32,000 nucleotides of DNA from an uncultured Pleomorphomonas sp. (GTDB taxonomy: Bacteria; Pseudomonadota; Alphaproteobacteria; Rhizobiales; Pleomorphomonadaceae), in the NCBI GenBank assembly GCA_937868725.1, contig CALMMQ010000091.1, forward strand, positions 5,663 through 37,662, read 5' to 3'. The notes under the pieces were generated by a model. That model made no database searches. It was not told the origin of the DNA and saw nothing but the letters and a program-made list of their open reading frames with translations. Positions 24,165-32,000 of the stretch are shown one piece after another (the first letter of the stretch is position 1; the number at the start of each line of letters is the position of its first letter). Both the position numbers and the translations under genes were made by a program.

Positions 24165-25523
24165 TTAACGAAGCGTCCGCACCCGCGGGTCGCCGCGTCG
24201 GTCCATCAGCGCCGTGATCGCCCAGACCAGCGCGTCGAGCCGGTCGGGTGATCGGCCACCGGACAAACCGTCCAGACCGAAGTCGCACATCTCGTCCTCG
24301 AGCTCGGCGAACAGACCGGCGTGGCGTACCCGTCCCTGGGCGTAGAGGGCGGCCACCGGTTCGGCCCGCACCCACTTGCCGCGGCTGGCCCGGACCATGT
24401 CCACCACCAGCGCCGGGTCGATCTGGGCAATCACCGAGGCGACCATGTCACCGCCCTGGTTGACCTCGGCGACGAGACGGTCGGCCTCCTGTTCGTGATA
24501 GAGGGCGACGGCACGGCCAGCCCAGACCTCCGGTCGGGCGCCGCGCACCGAGGCATCGGCGAGCACGATCGCCCGCCCCTCGCCGTCCAGCCCGGCAGCG
24601 ATGATGCCGCAGGCATCCGACGTCCGGTTCGACGAGGCCGGCGGGTCGATGGCCACGACGACACGCCTGACCTCCGGCCGGACGGACAGACGGATCGCCT
24701 CGATCTGCGCCCGGCTCCACAGCGCGTCCTGGCGGTCCTCGACCATTTCGCCGTCGAGTTCCTGGCGCCCAAGCCGCGTGCCCTGATAGCGGCCGACAAT
24801 GGTTGTCAGAAAGCCGTCGGCGAGAAAGGCGGCATTGTCGGCGGTGCGCGCCCGGCTGATCACCGTCCCGGGGGCGGCGATCAGTCGGCGCAGCAGTGGG
24901 ATGGGGCGCGGTGTCGTCGTCACCACCTGGCGTGGCCGGGAACCGCGCCGGAGGCCGAACTGCAACATGTCGAAGGTGGCGTCGGCATATTTCCACTTGG
25001 CCACCTCGTCGGACCAGGCGGCATCGAACTGCGGTCCGCGCAAGGCGTCCGGGTCTTCGGACGAGAACACCTGCGCCACGGCGCCGTTGTCCCATTGCAG
25101 GCGGCGCAATGACGGCGACCAGCGCGGCCGGTTCCAGCGCGGGTGGATGGCGATCAGTCCGGACACGCCCTCGATCATCACGTCGCGCGCCGCCTGATAG
25201 GTCTCGCCGACCAGGGCAATGCGCCCGGCCGGCGGGCCGCCGGCGTGTTCGGCGCCGGCGACGATGGCGCGCACCCATTCGGCACCGGTGCGTGTCTTGC
25301 CGGCACCGCGACCGCCCATCACCAGCCACACCGTCCAGTCGCCCGGCGGGGCCAGTTGATCGGCACGGGCGTAAACCGGCCAGCAGGTGGCGAGGGCGAT
25401 CTTCTGTTCGTCACTCAGCCGCGCGAGCCAGGCCCGCCGCTCGGCCGTCGACAAAAGCCTCGAGCGCCTCAAGAAGCGATTGCTCCAGCCCCGGCTCCGG
25501 AGCGGTCGCTGCGTCTGTCTCAT
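24165..25523 (-). CDS. GTA g2 homologue: large terminase subunit (452 aa from the ATG at 25523; true start uncertain)
   Basis: QLAPPGDWTVWLVMGGRGAGKTRTGAEWV (Walker A) ... WSDEVAKW ... VAIDPPASS...DACGII (nuclease). ATG 25523 would overlap g1 by 113 nt; a TTG at 25454 is an alternative start. Confidence 0.9.
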   Translation of the reverse strand: MRQTQRPLRSRGWSNRFLRRSRLLSTAERRAWLARLSDEQKIALATCWPVYARADQLAPPGDWTVWLVMGGRGAGKTRTGAEWVRAIVAGAEHAGGPPAGRIALVGETYQAARDVMIEGVSGLIAIHPRWNRPRWSPSLRRLQWDNGAVAQVFSSEDPDALRGPQFDAAWSDEVAKWKYADATFDMLQFGLRRGSRPRQVVTTTPRPIPLLRRLIAAPGTVISRARTADNAAFLADGFLTTIVGRYQGTRLGRQELDGEMVEDRQDALWSRAQIEAIRLSVRPEVRRVVVAIDPPASSNRTSDACGIIAAGLDGEGRAIVLADASVRGARPEVWAGRAVALYHEQEADRLVAEVNQGGDMVASVIAQIDPALVVDMVRASRGKWVRAEPVAALYAQGRVRHAGLFAELEDEMCDFGLDGLSGGRSPDRLDALVWAITALMDRRGDPRVRTLR

Positions 25524-25809
25524 CGCTGCCGGCACGTCGACCTCGCGGATTGATTTCGAGTTCCCTGATCTTGCCGACGAGCGCGGCAAGCGCGGTGGCG
25601 AGCTTCACCTCGCGGTCATCGAGCGGCGCGTTGGCCGCCAGCGCGTCGGCTTCGGCGCGTTCGATCTGGCGCGTGGCGATACGCTTCAGGCCGGCGAGCA
25701 TGCCGTCGACGTCGGCCGCCGCCGTCTCGGCAGGTGGGCTGGTCACCGGCGGCGGCGCCAGCCGCTCGGCGGCCAGCTGTCGCATCCTCGGCCTTGCGCT
25801 GGTTGCCAT
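25411..25809 (-). CDS. Small ORF at the GTA g1 position (132 aa; putative small terminase-like/g1 protein)
   Basis: Start MATSARPRMRQLAAERL (ATG at 25809, GGAAGG upstream). Helical, Ala/Glu-rich. It is the first gene of the cluster, directly upstream of and overlapping terL. The assignment is positional only. Confidence 0.5.
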   Translation of the reverse strand: MATSARPRMRQLAAERLAPPPVTSPPAETAAADVDGMLAGLKRIATRQIERAEADALAANAPLDDREVKLATALAALVGKIRELEINPRGRRAGSDETDAATAPEPGLEQSLLEALEAFVDGRAAGLARAAE

Positions 25810-25851
25810 CTGTCCTTCCCGCTTCGCTTTGCTGCCGCCAGCGGCAAACAA

Positions 25852-25868
25852 AAAGGCGACGCGCCTTT
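25852..25868 (-). terminator. Short terminator-like hairpin in the leader upstream of g1 (or the terminator of the upstream YitT-like gene)
   Basis: Minus strand aaaggcg-cgt-cgccttt followed by ttgtttg. 7-bp stem, 3-nt loop; the T-run is partly inside the stem. Confidence 0.4.
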
Positions 25869-25904
25869 CGGCCCGCCGCCTCGCAACTATCGGATCATGC
25901 CCAG

Positions 25905-25933
25905 AAGCTACCTGAGCAGCGTCACGCTGTCAA
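25905..25933 (-). promoter_or_regulatory. Candidate sigma-70-like promoter upstream of GTA g1
   Basis: Minus strand TTGACA-N17-TAGCTT (-35 at 25928-25933, -10 at 25905-25910), in the AT-richer stretch between the YitT-like stop and g1. Pattern match only. Confidence 0.3.
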
Positions 25934-25985
25934 GTGTGTTTCTTGAATATGTATATTTATGCGTGCATCACCTGGCCACGTCGGC

Positions 25986-26615
25986 TCAGTAGCCGTTATA
26001 GCGGCCGGGCTTGTGGTTGACGGCCAGCACCATGTTGAGCACCACCGCGCCGACCACCGACAGCGCCACCAGGTGCCAGTCCAGCACCAGGAAGGCCGCC
26101 GCCAGGATCACGCAGTCCATGCCAAGCTGGAACTTGCCGGCCCGCCAGCCGAACCGCTCCTGCACGAAGGCGGCGAGAATGCCGATGCCGCCGAGGCTCG
26201 AGCGGTGACGCAGCAGGATCAACAGACCGATGCCGACCAGCAGGCCACCCATCACCGCCGAATACCAGGGATTGCTCATGCCGATGGCAAACACCTTCGA
26301 CAGCAGCATGCTCTCGACGGCGAACAGCGCCACGGCGCCGAAAGTCTTGAAGGTGAACTCCTTGCCGAGCGTCACCCAGCCGAAGGCATAGAACGGCAGG
26401 TTCAGTACGAACAGCACCTGCCCGATGCCCCAGTCGGACACGTAATGGATCAGGAACGACATGCCGGCGGTGCCGCCGGTGGCCAGATGTGCTTGGCGGA
26501 AGAACTCCGTTCCCAATGCCGCCAGCAGCGTTCCAACCACGATGGCCTGGATGTCCTCGGCCAAACCATGGCGCACCGGGTCGTCCGTCCGCTGGCTATC
26601 TCTATCGTCAAGCAT
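25986..26615 (-). CDS. YitT-family integral membrane protein (209 aa, membrane domain only)
   Basis: Multiple TM segments. ...HLATGGTAGMSFLIHYVSDWGIGQVLFVLNLPFYAFGWVTLGKEF... resembles the YitT/DUF161 N-terminal domain. Confidence 0.75.
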   Translation of the reverse strand: MLDDRDSQRTDDPVRHGLAEDIQAIVVGTLLAALGTEFFRQAHLATGGTAGMSFLIHYVSDWGIGQVLFVLNLPFYAFGWVTLGKEFTFKTFGAVALFAVESMLLSKVFAIGMSNPWYSAVMGGLLVGIGLLILLRHRSSLGGIGILAAFVQERFGWRAGKFQLGMDCVILAAAFLVLDWHLVALSVVGAVVLNMVLAVNHKPGRYNGY

Positions 26616-26882
26616 GCCTCAATCGGCTCCACAATGGTTCGAACGCCGGCAGCAGACCACCAGCGGATTCGTCAGATTTGTTGCTGGCGGCGACGTTGCA
26701 TGCTTCGTGCCAAGGCGCAAGGGCCGGGGCACGGCCGTTGTCTTTTCCGGAAAGACGCCAAAGCGGACCTATTTTCACATCTTGCCGGAAATGGCCAAAG
26801 GGCCGACTCTAGCCCTCGTCAACGGACACTCGGCAGCGATCGGGGTCCAAACCAGTTCCTAACCCCCAAAGGAGCCAGCGCC

Positions 26883-27092
26883 ATGAAGATTTCCGCCCGC
26901 AACGTACTCGAAGGCACCGTCGTCAAGGTCACCAAGGGTGCCACCACCGCCCACGTCGTTCTGGAGCTCGCCGGCGGCGCCAAGGTTACCGCCTCGATCA
27001 CCAACGAAGCCGTCGAAGACCTCGGCCTCAAGGCCGGCGACAAGGCCAAGGCCATCGTCAAGGCGTCGGACGTTCTCGTCGCCATCGACTGA
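26883..27092 (+). CDS. mop: Molybdenum-pterin-binding protein Mop / molbindin (TOBE domain, 69 aa)
   Basis: MKISARNVLEGTVVKVTKGATTAHVVLELAGGAKVTASITNEAVEDLGLKAGDKAKAIVKASDVLVAID is a textbook Mop/TOBE sequence. AAGGAG RBS. This is the real gene inside the spurious long ORF 25959..27092. Confidence 0.9.
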   Translation: MKISARNVLEGTVVKVTKGATTAHVVLELAGGAKVTASITNEAVEDLGLKAGDKAKAIVKASDVLVAID

Positions 27093-27119
27093 ACGAGCCG
27101 CTCCTTCCGAGCATGACTG

Positions 27120-27152
27120 GCGGGTGGCTTGCGGGCCGCCCGCTTTTCGTTT
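27120..27152 (+). terminator. Rho-independent terminator of mop
   Basis: gcgggtggc-ttgcgg-gccgcccgc (9-bp stem with one G-U pair) followed by ttttcgttt. It starts 28 nt after the mop stop. Confidence 0.75.
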
Positions 27153-27168
27153 GTGCCAGGAAGACCGT

Positions 27169-28062
27169 TCAGGCGCTGTTGTAGTGCACGGTACCAAAGC
27201 CCGACACGTCGTAGCCGCCGAGCTCTGAGGCACGACTACGGAACACCTCACTGTGGCAGAAGGCCAGCAGCCGCTGCATCGGCGGCTCGAAATAGGCGTG
27301 CCGCCAGACCATGAGGTCGAAACGCTCCTCGACGAGCGGCACGAAATCCAGTCCGTACTGGCGCGCCGCCGCCTCGATGCCGAGGCCCACTTCCGCCCGT
27401 CCCGTGGCGATGGCCATCGCCAGGTCGTTCTCCGACCGCTCGACACCGGCAACGAGATTGAGATCGGCGCGGCTCAACCCTTCCTTTTCAAGCAGATGCG
27501 TCAGCACCATTTCGCTGCCCGCCGCCGCCTGTCGGCTCTGGAAGCGGTAGGCACGGGCCTGCTTCATGTTGCGTGGATTGGCACCGATGCCGCGGCGGAT
27601 GACCAGGCCGCGCTTGCGCCGCCCCCATTCGATTACCACCCAGGGCTCGTGTCCGAAGCGCTCGGCCACGTGGCCGACGTTCCAGCCATCCGGCTCGGGA
27701 ATGTGCAGCCCGGCGACGATGCATTCGCCGGTCGCCGCCCGTTCGAGGCCATCGAGCGCCCCGTCGAGAAAGGCGGCGATGCCGGAGCCCGACTGCCGCA
27801 GCGCCCATTCGAGCAACGGATCATGGCCGCCGGCGCAAACGGCCGGACGGTTCGCCACCACGGCCGGCGCGACAGCGGCAACGGTCGGAACAGTCTCCGC
27901 CGCCTGCCCGGCCATCCAGGCTTCGATCTCAGGGCGAGCGAACAGCAGCTTGCCAGTGACGCGGCGCACGGGGATTTCGCCTTTGGCGACGAGATCGTAA
28001 ACTTTGCGCTCCTTGACGCGCAGCAGCGCGGCAATCTCGCGTGTTGTCAGAAAATCCGACAT
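27169..28062 (-). CDS. Transcriptional regulator: excisionase/MerR-type HTH plus PBP-like (COG1910-type molybdate/tungstate-binding) domain (297 aa), TunR-like architecture
   Basis: MSDFLTTREIAALLRVKERKVYDLVAKGEIPVRRVTGKLLFARPEIEAWM (HTH_17), followed by a periplasmic-binding-protein-like domain. Convergent with mop. ATG at 28062; an alternative lies at 28089. Confidence 0.8.
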   Translation of the reverse strand: MSDFLTTREIAALLRVKERKVYDLVAKGEIPVRRVTGKLLFARPEIEAWMAGQAAETVPTVAAVAPAVVANRPAVCAGGHDPLLEWALRQSGSGIAAFLDGALDGLERAATGECIVAGLHIPEPDGWNVGHVAERFGHEPWVVIEWGRRKRGLVIRRGIGANPRNMKQARAYRFQSRQAAAGSEMVLTHLLEKEGLSRADLNLVAGVERSENDLAMAIATGRAEVGLGIEAAARQYGLDFVPLVEERFDLMVWRHAYFEPPMQRLLAFCHSEVFRSRASELGGYDVSGFGTVHYNSA

Positions 28063-28083
28063 GTCCGTCAGCCCCGGCGGAAT

Positions 28084-28138
28084 TTTCACAGATCTCCGGA
28101 AATTTCACATGCATCCGGAATAAACGCACTATTTCACA
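28084..28138. promoter_or_regulatory. Direct-repeat operator-like element upstream of the HTH-PBP regulator
   Basis: Two tandem 19-bp units: TTTCACAgatcTCCGGAAa at 28084-28102 and TTTCACAtgcaTCCGGAAt at 28103-28121. A third TTTCACA lies at 28132-28138. The element sits 22-76 nt upstream of the ATG at 28062. Confidence 0.4.
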
Positions 28139-28306
28139 ATGGAACGCAATTGTCCCGCCCCGTTTTGCCGCAACCCCGCTAATTTTCTAAGCTTTTTTGC
28201 TTTCCGCGCAGGCGAAAGCCTCCCCACCGCCCCAGTCGGTGAGGGTTGGGCGCTGGTCGCGCCCGCATGTGCCATCATGGACTCCCATGAGTCGGCATGA
28301 CGCCGC

Positions 28307-28792
28307 TCACACCCGGTGGCGGCGTTTCCGTCCGAGGGAGCCCGGCAAGCGGTTCGGCCAGGAGACGATGCGGTCTTCCCAGGTGTCGACGTCGGGCCAG
28401 TCTTTTTCCGCCACCGTCTTGCCGCGCACCGAAATGCCGGCGCTGTGCACGCTGTCGGGATCGCCCGAAACCAGCGGATGCCAATCGTAGAGGTCCTTGC
28501 CCTCCTCGATGAGCCGGTAGGCGCAGGTGGCCGGCAGCCACGACAGCGTCTGCACTTCCTCGACGGTGAGGCGGATGCAGGAGGGCACGGCGATCGAGCG
28601 GTTGGCGTAGTCGCTGCAGCGGCAGCTGGCGCCATCGAGCAGCGAGCAGGCGATGTCGGTGTAGGCGACGCGGCCGGTATCGGCATCCTCAAGCTTGTTG
28701 AGGCAGCAGCGGGCGCAGCCGTCGCACAGGCTCTCCCACTCGGCATCGTTCATCTCGTCGAGGCGTTTGGTGCGCCAGAACGGCGACGTCAT
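28307..28792 (-). CDS. ycgN: YcgN / UPF0260-family cysteine-cluster protein (161 aa)
   Basis: [36 protein letters not shown]...[15 protein letters not shown]...[29 protein letters not shown] is near-canonical YcgN. Start at the ATG at 28792 within ORF 28307..28870. Confidence 0.85.
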   Translation of the reverse strand: MTSPFWRTKRLDEMNDAEWESLCDGCARCCLNKLEDADTGRVAYTDIACSLLDGASCRCSDYANRSIAVPSCIRLTVEEVQTLSWLPATCAYRLIEEGKDLYDWHPLVSGDPDSVHSAGISVRGKTVAEKDWPDVDTWEDRIVSWPNRLPGSLGRKRRHRV

Positions 28793-28896
28793 AATTTGAT
28801 CGGTTTCGTTAACCATCTCTTCATCGGAACCTAGGAACGGCGACGGTCGGGTTGTATTTTCACTCACCATAGTTCCACGTCTCGTTAGGCCCTGTT

Positions 28897-31134
28897 GTGG
28901 CAGATCACAAGCGCACGTCTCGTTGGCGCCTCAAATTGCTCGCGGTTGATGCCTGGGTCGATAGCACGACCTGGGCCGGTTGGCGTGCGTTTTCGCGCTT
29001 CTGGTCGTTGGCGCTGGATTTTTCCGGGCAATTGCGGGTGCGCGGCAAGCTGCGCGCCGTCTTCGAACTCGCGTCCGAAGGGGCGACGCTTGGTACCGTT
29101 GGCTTTGTCGGCCTGCTGACGCTGGCTCAGCCGGCCTTCAAGGCAACGCAGGGCGACTGGCGTGCCCGTGGCGACTATGCCGTCACCTTTCAGGACCGCA
29201 ACGGCGCCGTCATCGGTCGGCGCGGCATGTTCCTCGACGACAGCGTGCCGCTCAGCGAGATGCCGCCGCATCTCATCCAGGCCACCCTCTCGACCGAGGA
29301 TCGCCGCTTCTACGAGCATTTCGGCATCGACCCGCTTGGTCTGGTGCGCGCGGTGCTGACCAATGCCAAGGCCGGCGGTGTCGTTCAGGGTGGTTCGACA
29401 CTGACCCAGCAGTTGGCCAAGAACCTGTTCCTGTCCAATGAGCGGACCATCCAGCGCAAGATCAACGAGGCCTATCTGGCCCTCTGGCTGGAGGCGCAAC
29501 TCACCAAGGACGAAATCCTCAAGCTCTATCTCGACCGCGCCTACATGGGGGGCGGCACCCATGGCGTGACGGCGGCGGCGGAATACTATTTCGGCAAGTC
29601 GGTGCAGAACCTGACGCTGGCCGAGTCGGCGATGCTCGCCGGCCTCTACAAAGCCCCGACCAAGTACTCTCCCAACGTCAACCTGGCCGCCGCCCGCGCG
29701 CGCGCCAATCAGGTGCTTTCCAACATGGTCGAGGCCGGCTACCTCACCGAGGCGCAGGTCGTTTCGGCCCGGCGCGCGCCGGCAACGCCGGTGCCGACCA
29801 GTGCCGGCACGGCGCCCGACTGGTATCTCGACTGGGCCTTCGACGAGGTCAAGCGCATCGCTCCGCCGGGCGACCGCACCATCACCGTCCGGACGACGCT
29901 CGACCCGGCCGCCCAAAGGGCGGCGGAAACGGCGGTCGCCGACATGCTTCGCCAGTATGGCGCTCAGTACAAGGTCAAGCAGGCGGCCACGGTGGTGCTC
30001 GATCTCAACGGCGGTGTGCGTGCCATGGTCGGCGGCAGCGACTACGGCGAAAGCCTGTTCAACCGCGCCGTCTACGCGCTGCGCCAGCCGGGTTCGTCGT
30101 TCAAGCCGTTCGTCTATGCCACGGCGTTCATGAACGGCTACGCTCCCGACGACACCATCTCCGACGCGCCGATCACCATCGGCAACTGGAGCCCGCGCAA
30201 CTACGGCCGCTCCTATGCCGGCCGCATCAGTCTGCGCACCGCTATTGCCAAGTCGATCAACACGGTGCCGGTGCGACTCGCCGAGAGTTTCGGACGCGGC
30301 AAGATCGTCGAAACCGCCCATGCCCTCGGCATCAACACTGAACTCAAGATCACCCGCGCGCTGCCGTTGGGCGTTGCCGAGGTGACGCCGCTCGACATGG
30401 CCGGCGCCTATGGCGGCTTTGCCAATGCCGGCATCAAGACGACGCCGTTCGCCGTGCTGTCGGCCAAGACGCGAGCGGGCGATGTGACCTACGACCGGGC
30501 CCGCGATGAGGCGCCGCCACGGCGCGTTCTGCCCGAAGACATCGCCTACGAGATGAACGACGTGCTTTCCACCGTCGTCAACGCCGGTACCGGCGGCAAG
30601 GCCAAGTTCCCCGGCCAGATGCAGGCGGGCAAGACCGGCACGACGCAGGCCTATCGCGACGCCTGGTTCGTCGGCTTCACCGGCTGGTACGCCTGCTCGG
30701 TGTGGATGGGCAACGACGATTACACCTCAACGGCCAACATGACCGGCGGCAGCCTGCCGGCCATGACCTGGCGCGCCGTCATGGAACCGATCCACGCCGG
30801 CCTGCCGTTCAAGCCGATCCCCGGCGTCGCCGTGCCGCCTGACCTGCTCAAGCAGATGCCGGTGGCCCAGAACGCCACCGCGCCGTCCCTGCCCTCGCCG
30901 TCACCGGCGACGCTGACGCCTGCCGCGGCCACCGTCGTCGACGAGCTCGGCAAGATGATGAGCCGCCACCTCGCGCCCTTGGCCGGCGGCCTGCCCGCCG
31001 ACGATCGGTCTGCCACCTCCGACGAAGCGGCCGCCGACAACATCGCCGTCGATGCCTCGATATCCGGCCGCTCTTCCGCTACGCTGGATGGCATCGCATT
31101 CGATGGGGCGCTCGAAGCCTCGGCCGTCCGTTGA
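28897..31134 (+). CDS. Class A penicillin-binding protein (PBP1A family; transglycosylase plus transpeptidase, 745 aa)
   Basis: GTG start. GT51 motifs [31 protein letters not shown]. Transpeptidase motifs SSFKP (SxxK) and KTGTT (KTG). N-terminal TM anchor. Confidence 0.93.
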   Translation: MADHKRTSRWRLKLLAVDAWVDSTTWAGWRAFSRFWSLALDFSGQLRVRGKLRAVFELASEGATLGTVGFVGLLTLAQPAFKATQGDWRARGDYAVTFQDRNGAVIGRRGMFLDDSVPLSEMPPHLIQATLSTEDRRFYEHFGIDPLGLVRAVLTNAKAGGVVQGGSTLTQQLAKNLFLSNERTIQRKINEAYLALWLEAQLTKDEILKLYLDRAYMGGGTHGVTAAAEYYFGKSVQNLTLAESAMLAGLYKAPTKYSPNVNLAAARARANQVLSNMVEAGYLTEAQVVSARRAPATPVPTSAGTAPDWYLDWAFDEVKRIAPPGDRTITVRTTLDPAAQRAAETAVADMLRQYGAQYKVKQAATVVLDLNGGVRAMVGGSDYGESLFNRAVYALRQPGSSFKPFVYATAFMNGYAPDDTISDAPITIGNWSPRNYGRSYAGRISLRTAIAKSINTVPVRLAESFGRGKIVETAHALGINTELKITRALPLGVAEVTPLDMAGAYGGFANAGIKTTPFAVLSAKTRAGDVTYDRARDEAPPRRVLPEDIAYEMNDVLSTVVNAGTGGKAKFPGQMQAGKTGTTQAYRDAWFVGFTGWYACSVWMGNDDYTSTANMTGGSLPAMTWRAVMEPIHAGLPFKPIPGVAVPPDLLKQMPVAQNATAPSLPSPSPATLTPAAATVVDELGKMMSRHLAPLAGGLPADDRSATSDEAAADNIAVDASISGRSSATLDGIAFDGALEASAVR

Positions 31135-31146
31135 CGGGAGCTGACA

Positions 31147-31728
31147 GTGCTTTCCACCTGGCGCTTTATCCTTGTCGTGCTTCTCGGCTGCCTCGGCGGG
31201 CTGGCGTCGGTCTGGGTGGCCATGGAAGACCCGCGCTTCGACTTCACACCAACCATCGGCCCGTGGCGGCTCGTCGATCTCGCGCCGGGGGACGATCCGT
31301 ACGCCCAGGCGCGTTCGTCGCGGAAGGGGCTCGTCTGGCTTGGCCCGTCCGAGGGGCTCACGCTCGCCGCCTTCAAGGCCAGCGACGGACATTCGCTGTC
31401 GCCCAACTGCGTCTATGCCATCGAGGGGCCGGCGCCGAAGGATGTGCCGTGGACGCTCACCGTTGCCGACCACGACAACCACCTGCCGGTCAACCCGGCC
31501 GGTCGCACCGGTTTCTCCGTCTATGACGTGTCGCGCCCGGGTCCGGGCAACGGCATCCGCGTCGGCTTCGGTCCGACCGTCCGGCCGGGCGACTTCATCC
31601 CGACCGCCGGTCTGCGCTCCGTCGCCGTTTACCTGCGCGTCTACTCGGCGACGGCGGCCAAACAACCGCTGTCGGCGGCTGATCTGCCAGCCATCGTACG
31701 GCAGGATTGCCCGGCGGAGGCACCATGA
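31147..31728 (+). CDS. DUF1214-like membrane-anchored protein (193 aa)
   Basis: N-terminal TM MLSTWRFILVVLLGCLGGLASVWV, then ...DDPYAQARSSRKGLVWLGPSEGLTLAAFKASDGHSLSPNCVYAIEG...PWTLTV, recalled as DUF1214-like. GTG start. ATGA overlap with the next gene. Confidence 0.6.
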   Translation: MLSTWRFILVVLLGCLGGLASVWVAMEDPRFDFTPTIGPWRLVDLAPGDDPYAQARSSRKGLVWLGPSEGLTLAAFKASDGHSLSPNCVYAIEGPAPKDVPWTLTVADHDNHLPVNPAGRTGFSVYDVSRPGPGNGIRVGFGPTVRPGDFIPTAGLRSVAVYLRVYSATAAKQPLSAADLPAIVRQDCPAEAP

Positions 31729-32000
31729 TCACCAAGGTTGCCCGCTACCTGCTGGCTACGCTGCTCATCGCCGGTCTGGTGCATATCGCCGCCGTCCTGC
31801 TCATTCCGAACTATGCGCCGCACCGGGCCTATGACGCCGTCATCCAGGCGGCAGCACCGGCGCGGCTGACGCTCGTCGCCCCCAACGCTTCACCGCTGCC
31901 CGGCCTCGACCCGGCCTTTGTCTACGCCGTCTGTCCGTTGACGCCACACACCGGCCCCGTTCGGCTTGCCGGTGCCATGCCCGATTCCTACTGGTCGGTC
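31725..32000 (+). CDS. DUF1254-like membrane-anchored protein, N-terminal part (runs off the right edge)
   Basis: My translation: MITKVARYLLATLLIAGLVHIAAVLLIPNYAPHRAYDAVIQAA...DPAFVYAVCPLTPHTGPVRLAG..PDSYWSV. The usual partner of DUF1214 in alphaproteobacteria. No stop in the window. Confidence 0.6.
   Translation, partial: MITKVARYLLATLLIAGLVHIAAVLLIPNYAPHRAYDAVIQAAAPARLTLVAPNASPLPGLDPAFVYAVCPLTPHTGPVRLAGAMPDSYWSV

Larger units (their letters stand above)
10135..25809 (-). other. RcGTA-type gene transfer agent head-tail cluster (g1 to g15 order), interrupted by two opposite-strand insertions
   Basis: Colinear order on the - strand: g1, terL, [insert], portal, g3.5, [spacer and extra ORF], protease, capsid, g6, g8, g9, g10, g10.1, g11, [DUF465], g12, g13, g14, g15. 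Frequent ATGA/GTGA stop-start overlaps. No integrase, replication or lysis genes; flanked by core genes. Confidence 0.85.

Noticed and set aside
10135-25985. CtrA boxes (TTAA-N7-TTAAC) in GTA promoter regions
   Set aside because: Scanning the intergenic regions by eye gave only isolated TTAAC/GTTAAC half-sites (for example at 24164-24170, at the terL stop) with no partner at N7 spacing. No call is made; a PWM scan would be needed.
25959-26882. Upstream 308 aa of the 377-aa plus-strand ORF 25959..27092
   Set aside because: Only the last 69 aa (Mop, with its own AAGGAG RBS and ATG at 26883) are credible. The upstream part is antisense to the YitT-like gene and crosses an intergenic region.
28199-28219. 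Hairpin gctttc-N9-gaaagc next to a T6 run, downstream of ycgN
   Set aside because: The T-run precedes the stem on the plus strand, and on the minus strand the stem is followed by an A-run. It therefore does not fit an intrinsic terminator for either orientation. It may just be part of the regulator promoter region.
28885-30321. 478-aa minus-strand ORF antisense to the PBP1A gene
   Set aside because: This is a shadow ORF. The plus-strand product carries all the GT51 and transpeptidase motifs.
1-32000. CRISPR arrays, tRNA/rRNA genes, IS elements, toxin-antitoxin pairs
   Set aside because: None were recognised. There are no regularly spaced repeats, no cloverleaf-like conserved tRNA motifs in the few intergenic regions, and no transposase- or integrase-like translations in the ORF track.

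Overview
High-GC (by eye about 65-70%) alphaproteobacterial chromosomal window, Rhizobiales/Hyphomicrobiales-like by synteny. All family calls come from reading the ORF translations and recalling motifs; no searches were run.

Gene content, left to right:
- 1-4878 (- strand): the cytochrome c maturation operon cycH/ccmI, cycJ/ccmE, cycK/ccmF, cycL/ccmH, followed by the 5' part of a degP/htrA protease gene that runs off the window.
- 5030-7484: a 464-aa unassigned protein, a 567-bp intergenic region, and a glycine-zipper lipoprotein.
- 7714-10065: a PepSY / OmpR-type response regulator / histidine kinase operon.
- 10135-25809 (- strand): an RcGTA-type gene transfer agent (GTA) head-tail cluster.
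- 25986-32000: a YitT-like membrane protein, Mop (molbindin), an HTH+PBP-like regulator, YcgN, a class A PBP, and a DUF1214/DUF1254 pair.

No rRNA, tRNA, CRISPR array, integrase or transposase was recognised.

The second-look material is how the GTA cluster departs from the canonical architecture:
- A WYL-domain (YafY-type) regulator plus an NTF2-like gene sits on the opposite strand between terminase and portal.
- An antisense, lower-GC DUF465 gene sits between tape measure and distal tail protein.
- g7 is absent at its usual position.
- The g10/g10.1 junction looks like a programmed -1 frameshift: a CCCTTTG heptamer lies in frame, and the -1 frame is open with no start codon.
- A 220-bp spacer between portal and protease is packed with GANTC (CcrM) sites and carries an exact repeated 11-mer.
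- Terminator-like hairpins lie after the capsid gene and in the g1 leader.

I see no clearly new multi-gene system. These GTA-embedded elements are the best candidates.
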